In this document: positions 35,512 to 40,374 of the stretch, piece by piece | Position numbering within the stretch: the first letter of the stretch is position 1 | Layout: each line of letters opens with the position of its first letter | Source of the DNA: PVC group bacterium | GTDB taxonomy: Bacteria > Auribacterota > Erginobacteria > Erginobacterales > Erginobacteraceae | Assembly: GCA_043804695.1 (NCBI GenBank) | Contig: JAZDIV010000022.1 | Location: 1 to 40,374 of the forward strand | Direction of reading: 5' to 3' | Length of the DNA stretch: 40,374 nt | Position numbers and translations under genes: made by a program | Notes under the pieces: generated by a model | The model's database searches: none | Told to the model about the DNA's origin: nothing | What the model saw: only the letters and a program-made list of their open reading frames with translations

Positions 35512-35721
35512 AAAGCTTAATCGAAAAGCTCGTAAGCTCTCAAATCCTAATATCGAAATACTAAATCCTAAATAATGTTAAATGACCCAAACTCAAAAAT
35601 CCCAAACAATGGGGCTAAAAACGGCGATATTTGAAACATTCGGTCATTTGGATTTTGGATTTATTTCGGATTTAGATATTAGGATTTAGGATTTCCTGCT
35701 CGAAATCTTTTTCGAGCAGGG
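35512..35721. mobile_element. Family C MITE-like element, copy 2, inverted
   Basis: Reverse-complement homolog of 2712-2919 (for example tcgaaaagctcgtaagctct and atttcctgctcgaa). Confidence 0.75.
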
Positions 35722-35735
35722 TATAACTATTTATC

Positions 35736-36845
35736 ATGAAAAGGTCTCTCCTGGTCACTCACTCCTCGCGCTGGAACGGTGAGACGGAGTATGCCGCCGG
35801 CTTGGTCAAGGCCGAGGTGCGGATGGGCATGAATGTCACCGTGGTGGCCCCCCGGGAGAGCACCTTCGCCGGGGAAGTGGCCGGATCGGTCCACCTGCTG
35901 GAGCTTCCGGGAAAAGCTCCATCCCGATCCCCGGTCGATTTCCTCAAAGACCTCGTCTGGCTCTCGCATCTGATCGGGACCGGAGACTTCGATATCCTGC
36001 ACTCCTCCCGGGCGACGGCCCACTTTCTGACCGCGTGCGCCGCCCGGAAACGGGTCCCCCTCCTTCATCTCCGGGGAGGGGCGAAGAAGCCGTACGGCCA
36101 CCCCGGCAACCGCTTTCTCTACCGGCGTTTGACGGACGGGGTGATCGTGTCATCGTCCCGGGTGGAAGGCTGGGTCAGAGAACATCTGCATGTTCCCCGG
36201 GAACGGGTTCACCGGATTCTGTCCCCGGTTGACGTCGAGCAGTTCCAGCCGGCTCCCCCGGACCCCGCGCTCTTCCAGGAGCTCGGGATACCCGTCACGT
36301 CGCCCCTCATCGTCAAGGTGGCCCGGCTGGCCCCGGTCAAGGGCCACGACCGGCTGCTGGAAGCGATGGCTTCCGTTCACCGCCGATTTCCCCGGGTGGT
36401 CCTGGTGTTGGTGGGAAACCCCTGGGAAGGACAGCCCGGCTTGCTGAAGAGGCAGGCGGAGGAACTGGGAATCGGCGGCGTGGTTGTCTTTGCCGGCCGG
36501 AGAAAAGACATTCCCCGGTTTCTCGCTTCCGCCGCGGTCTGCGTCTCTTCCTCGATCGGGAGCGAAGAGAACTCGCGGGCGGTCGGGGAATACATGGCTT
36601 CCGCCCGCCCGGTCGTGGCGACCGCGGTCGGGGTCATCCCCGAGCTGGTGGCCGACGGGGAGACCGGTCTCCTGGTACTCCCCCGCGATCCCGGAGCCCT
36701 GGCCGAGGCGATCGCGAGCGTTCTCGCTGATCCGGAGCGGGCCCGGCGGATGGGGGAAGCCGGACGGCGCCGGGCGGTCAGCGAATTTTCGGAGGAAATC
36801 TTCGACCGCCGCCTGAGGGCGGTGATCGACTCAGTTATAAATTAG
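35736..36845 (+). CDS. GT4 glycosyltransferase
   Basis: NGETEY, VARLAPVKGH, SEENSRAVGEYMAS, TAVGVIPELV, GETGLLV. Confidence 0.9.
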   Translation: MKRSLLVTHSSRWNGETEYAAGLVKAEVRMGMNVTVVAPRESTFAGEVAGSVHLLELPGKAPSRSPVDFLKDLVWLSHLIGTGDFDILHSSRATAHFLTACAARKRVPLLHLRGGAKKPYGHPGNRFLYRRLTDGVIVSSSRVEGWVREHLHVPRERVHRILSPVDVEQFQPAPPDPALFQELGIPVTSPLIVKVARLAPVKGHDRLLEAMASVHRRFPRVVLVLVGNPWEGQPGLLKRQAEELGIGGVVVFAGRRKDIPRFLASAAVCVSSSIGSEENSRAVGEYMASARPVVATAVGVIPELVADGETGLLVLPRDPGALAEAIASVLADPERARRMGEAGRRRAVSEFSEEIFDRRLRAVIDSVIN

Positions 36846-36864
36846 CGCCTGCGGCGCTAATTTA
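36838..36864. repeat. Family B palindrome containing the GT4 stop codon
   Basis: taaattagcgcc-tgc-ggcgctaattta. Confidence 0.85.
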
Positions 36865-37026
36865 GTTTTGAACATGTAGATCAGTCCAATCGAAAAACCC
36901 CGGAATATTGATTAAAAGGAAGAGAACTATTAAACTTTTCTTGGTCTCTTACCCCGCCCCGTAGCGGAGCTGTACGGGGGTGTCTTAGTGGCAACAAGCG
37001 GGATTGAGTCAATGGAAGCGGTGAAG

Positions 37027-37920
37027 ATGGAGAAGATCGCCTACGGCGGGTGGGAGAACTGCCTGCGCCTCTCCAACGGGCAGGCCGATCTCGTGGTCAC
37101 CACCGCCGTCGGGCCGCGGGTGATCCGCTACGGGTTTGCCGGGAAGGAGAACGAGTTCTGCGAGGTTGCCGCGGACCGGGGAAAGAGCGGGGGAGAGGAG
37201 TGGCGGATGTACGGCGGCCACCGCCTCTGGCACGGTCCGGAGGACCGGGAGCGGACCTACCAGCCGGACAACCGTGAAATCGCCTGGCGGGAGATTCCGG
37301 GGGGCGTCTCCCTCCAGCAGCCGGTCGAGTCCGGCACCGGGATCATGAAAGAGCTTGATGTCCGCCTCTTCCCCGGGGGGAGCCGGGTTGAACTTCTCCA
37401 TCGCCTGACCAACCGGGGGCTCCGGCCGGCGGAGCTTTCCGCCTGGGCCATTACGGTCATGGCACCGGGGGGATGGGAAGTTATTCCCCAGCCGGAAAAA
37501 GCCGACGGTCTTCTTCCGAACCGGCTGATCGCCCTCTGGCCTTACAGCCGGCTGAATGATCCCCGGGTCGCCTGGGGCGGCCGATACATCGTCCTCCGGC
37601 AGGGTCCGTCCGCGGAGGGGCCCTGCAAGCTGGGGGTACCGAATGAGCGGGGGTGGGCGGCGTACTTCAACCGGGGGCGGCTTTTCTTGAAGCGATACAC
37701 TCATTTTCCCGCCGCCCGGTATCCCGACTTCGGCGTATCATACGAGACCTATACCAACGACTTCATGCTCGAGATGGAGACCCTCTCCCCCCTCTCGCTC
37801 CTTGCCCCGGGAGGTTCAATCGAGCACCGCGAGGAATGGGAGCTTTTCGATAACATCTCCTGTCCCGGCGACGATGAGAAGAAGATCGAAGCGGCCCTTG
37901 ACGCGGTTGGCATATTATAG
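37027..37920 (+). CDS. Conserved hypothetical protein, probable galactose-mutarotase-like fold; alternative starts 36988 and 37012
   Basis: VGPRVIRYG, YGGHRLWHGPE, YQPDN, YPDFG, LEMETLSP, HREEW. Confidence 0.7.
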   Translation: MEKIAYGGWENCLRLSNGQADLVVTTAVGPRVIRYGFAGKENEFCEVAADRGKSGGEEWRMYGGHRLWHGPEDRERTYQPDNREIAWREIPGGVSLQQPVESGTGIMKELDVRLFPGGSRVELLHRLTNRGLRPAELSAWAITVMAPGGWEVIPQPEKADGLLPNRLIALWPYSRLNDPRVAWGGRYIVLRQGPSAEGPCKLGVPNERGWAAYFNRGRLFLKRYTHFPAARYPDFGVSYETYTNDFMLEMETLSPLSLLAPGGSIEHREEWELFDNISCPGDDEKKIEAALDAVGIL

Positions 37921-37954
37921 GATGCACCTGAAATCATTGAACGCCTGATTGCTT

Positions 37955-38005
37955 TAACCTGGATTATTCATGAAAATTAAATATTTTCATGAATAATCCA
38001 GGTTA
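37955..38005. repeat. Family E palindrome
   Basis: taacctggattattcatgaaaat...attttcatgaataatccaggtta, with compensatory changes relative to 12555. Confidence 0.9.
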
Positions 38006-38086
38006 CTAATTGTCGTGCAATGTATTATGATAAAATAGATATCTTTTTGTGTGGCTGTTCATTTAATCTTTGTCATGGTTTAAAAA

Positions 38087-38114
38087 TAACCCGATTTATG
38101 AATAAATCGGGTTA
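38087..38114. repeat. Family D palindrome
   Basis: taacccgatttat-ga-ataaatcgggtta. Confidence 0.85.
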
Positions 38115-38232
38115 ATCAACCTGAAAAATCAGAGACTTTCCTAGACTTCGCAAAACGCCTATGGCGCAGCGGGCTAGAATCTGGTATATTCAATAGACTG
38201 AGCTATCCGGTTTCGGTTTCCACGGTTTTACA

Positions 38233-38616
38233 ATGAACGCGATAACTATCACCGGCGATGGCATTTCCCTGACGGCCGAGCTTTTCGACACCCCCACCGC
38301 CCGGAAGATCCTCGAGATCCTGCCCTTTGAGGGGGCGGCTACCCTCTGGGGGGACGAGATCTATTTCCCCATCCCGGCCGCGTGCCGAGCGGAGCCGGAA
38401 GCCAGGGAGGAAGTCGAGGTCGGCGAACTCGGTTACTGGCCGGTCGGGATGGCGTTCTGCATATTTTTCGGGCCGACCCCGGTCAGCACCAACGCGAATC
38501 CTCGCGCCTACAGCCCGGTCAATGTCTTCGGACGGCTACTCGCCGATCCGGCCCCTTTGCGGGCCGTGCAAAACGGCGCCCTGCTCCGGGTGACGAAAAC
38601 GATGAAACCGGTCTGA
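38233..38616 (+). CDS. Cyclophilin-like fold protein (DUF369 type)
   Basis: TPTARKI, LPF, WGDEIYF, GELGYWPVG, FCIFFGPTP, SPVNVFG. Confidence 0.85.
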   Translation: MNAITITGDGISLTAELFDTPTARKILEILPFEGAATLWGDEIYFPIPAACRAEPEAREEVEVGELGYWPVGMAFCIFFGPTPVSTNANPRAYSPVNVFGRLLADPAPLRAVQNGALLRVTKTMKPV

Positions 38617-38625
38617 AGTTTTATA

Positions 38626-38824
38626 CCCCTGCCGCTTTACGCGGCAGGTGAATCAGTTTATCAGCTATCATCCGGAACCTTTTCAATCCGGAAGGCCCCC
38701 GTGACTTTATGTCACGGGTGAATAAGTTCATCGGCTATACCCGTTTTTAACCCCCCAGATGAGAGAGGGGAATTGGTGGTTAGCTTATGAACTTTCTCCC
38801 CTGCCGCATAAAGCGGCAGGGGCC
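38626..38824. repeat. Three hairpin-plus-tail units of about 43 bp (two direct, one inverted)
   Basis: Units at 38626-38667, 38694-38737 and inverted 38781-38824, each a GC stem with a TTTA loop and an AGTTYATNRGCTA tail. Confidence 0.8.
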
Positions 38825-39069
38825 GTTTTTTGTTTGATGTGACATTATAGCGATTGAACTTACATTCCGGTGAGACAAGCTCACCGGGGATGGTATTATG
38901 TTATTAATATTAAAGCACCTGCGGACGTATATTTCGCTATAAAGACAGGAATATTTCTAACAGTTCGCTTAATTCGGGTCTAGATCATGATCCGGCTTTT
39001 AGCATTTCATCACTCCATGGTATTGCCGGACACCCGTAGACTGTATCAAAATCAAGCTATTGATGTGCC

Positions 39070-39876
39070 ATGAACCAACACCGGTATGTCCATGGTTATG
39101 CGGGCAGGGAGGGTGAGCGGCTGATCGATCAGGCCGATACGCTCACCCTCCTGCTCCACCATGACACGATGTATCCGCCTGGGAGCATGGTCCTGGAAGC
39201 CGGCTGCGGCGTCGGCGCCCAGACGGTAACACTGGCCCGAAACAGCCCCGGGGCAAGGATCGTCTCGATCGATCAATCGGAGGAATCGATCGCCCGGGCG
39301 GAAAAAAGGGTTTCGGGAGAGGGTGTAACCAACGTCACGTTTCGGAAGGCCGATATTTACCAGCTGCCGTTTGATCGGCAGTCTTTCGACCATGTCTTTG
39401 TTTGTTTCCTCCTGGAGCACCTGCCGTCCCCCGCTGATGCCCTGCTCCGGCTGAAGAAGATCCTGAAGCCGGGGGGGACGATAACGGTCATCGAGGGAGA
39501 TCACGGTTCCGCCTGTTTTCACCCGGACAGCCTCTATGCTCGCCGGGCGATTGAATGCCTGATCACGCTGCAGGCGGACGCGGGGGGCGATTCCCTGATC
39601 GGCCGGCGGCTGTATCCGTTACTCATCAAAGCCGGGTATGGCGGGGTCCGGGTTTCGCCCCGGATGGTGTACGCGGATGCGAGCCGTCCGGACCTGGTGG
39701 AGGGATTCACGAAAAAGACCTTCACCGCCATGGTTGAAGGAGTGGAAGAGAAGGCGCTGGGGAAAGGATTGATCGACCGGGAGTCGTGGAAAAAAGGCAT
39801 CGCCGATTTGTACCGGACCGCGGAGGAGGACGGCACCTTCTGCTATACGTTTTTTAAAGCCGTGGCCGTTGCCTGA
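39070..39876 (+). CDS. Class I SAM-dependent methyltransferase
   Basis: YVHGY, VLEAGCGVG, ADIYQLPF, FDHVFVCFLLEHL, LKPGG. Confidence 0.92.
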   Translation: MNQHRYVHGYAGREGERLIDQADTLTLLLHHDTMYPPGSMVLEAGCGVGAQTVTLARNSPGARIVSIDQSEESIARAEKRVSGEGVTNVTFRKADIYQLPFDRQSFDHVFVCFLLEHLPSPADALLRLKKILKPGGTITVIEGDHGSACFHPDSLYARRAIECLITLQADAGGDSLIGRRLYPLLIKAGYGGVRVSPRMVYADASRPDLVEGFTKKTFTAMVEGVEEKALGKGLIDRESWKKGIADLYRTAEEDGTFCYTFFKAVAVA

Positions 39877-39914
39877 CGATGCCGTCTCCCCCCAGTCTTA
39901 CAACCCCGATAGTC

Positions 39915-39969
39915 TTGCCACAGAATATCATTGTTGCATAATGCAGCATTGCGTTGTATTATTACAACA
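39915..39969 (+). promoter_or_regulatory. Candidate toxin-antitoxin promoter with two palindromic operators
   Basis: TTGCCA-16-CATAAT; palindromes tgttgcataatgcagca (39932-39948) and gttgtattattacaac (39953-39968). Confidence 0.55.
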
Positions 39970-39992
39970 AACTCCAGAGAGGAGATTTTGCC

Positions 39993-40211
39993 ATGACTAC
40001 AGCAGTAAGAGTTTCCGACAAATTAGTTAAGGAAGCACGGCTCGTCAGTGCCGTTGACAACCGGTCCGTCACTGGCCAGATCGAGTACTGGGCCAAAATT
40101 GGAAAGTGTTCCGAAGAAAATCCCGACCTGACGTATGCATTGATAAAGGAAATCCTGATCGGGGTCGAGGAGCTTGAGCAGGGCGAATCTTCGGAATATG
40201 AGTTTGATTGA
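39993..40211 (+). CDS. ParD-like ribbon-helix-helix antitoxin
   Basis: AVRVSDKLVKEAR, RSVTGQIEYWAKIGK, EENPDL; RBS GGAG before ATG 39993. Confidence 0.85.
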   Translation: MTTAVRVSDKLVKEARLVSAVDNRSVTGQIEYWAKIGKCSEENPDLTYALIKEILIGVEELEQGESSEYEFD

Positions 40212-40217
40212 TCCGGC

Positions 40218-40374
40218 ATGCAGATCTTACAGTCAAGATCATTTAGAAAGAAGGTCAGAAAATTTCCTAAGCGGGAAAAGCGGATTCTCGACCGGCAGAT
40301 TCGAAAGATCTTTGAAGACCCGGCGATCGGAGAAGAGAAAAAAGGCGATCTCAATGGTATATTATTCCATAAGT
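40218..40374 (+). CDS. RelE/ParE-family toxin, partial (runs off the window)
   Basis: Manual translation MQILQSRSFRKKVRKFPKREKRILDRQIRKIFEDPAIGEEKKGDLNGILFHK; starts 6 nt after the antitoxin stop. Confidence 0.8.
   Translation, partial: MQILQSRSFRKKVRKFPKREKRILDRQIRKIFEDPAIGEEKKGDLNGILFHK

Noticed and set aside
38626..38824. CRISPR mini-array
   Set aside because: Only three units, divergent stems, third unit inverted, unequal spacers, no cas genes

Overview
A bacterial chromosomal segment with GC-rich genes and AT-rich intergenic regions, probably from an anaerobic diderm (arn lipid-modification genes, sulfide-dependent Thi4 and DUF39 enzymes); the taxon cannot be assigned from sequence alone. 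In order it holds: rpoN; an MBL hydrolase; an orphan sugar-type ABC ATPase; an archaeal-like trio (zinc-ribbon/TM/triple OB-fold protein, TctA-like permease with no TctBC, YdjM-like membrane metal hydrolase); an ECF sigma factor; a CAT-family acetyltransferase; gnd; a minus-strand sulfur/cofactor run (Cys-tailed MerR regulator, DUF39 and NIL-ferredoxin, nifS, nifU, nadA, thi4, a RidA remnant, thiE); a NYN nuclease; an L-Ara4N locus (arnB, C, A, D and three ArnT-like paralogs, one internally deleted) mixed with an arylsulfotransferase and a HAD lipoprotein; two glycosyltransferases; small accessory genes; and a ParD-like/RelE toxin-antitoxin pair cut by the window end. Intergenic DNA is crowded with small palindromic elements: two MITEs with exact target duplications, a MITE inside a REP loop, mosaic repeat strings, and hairpins that supply gene ends. 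No transposase, CRISPR array, rRNA or tRNA was seen. The best candidates for undescribed systems are the OB-fold/TctA/YdjM trio and the MerR-headed sulfur cluster. All calls come from reading motifs by eye; no searches were run.
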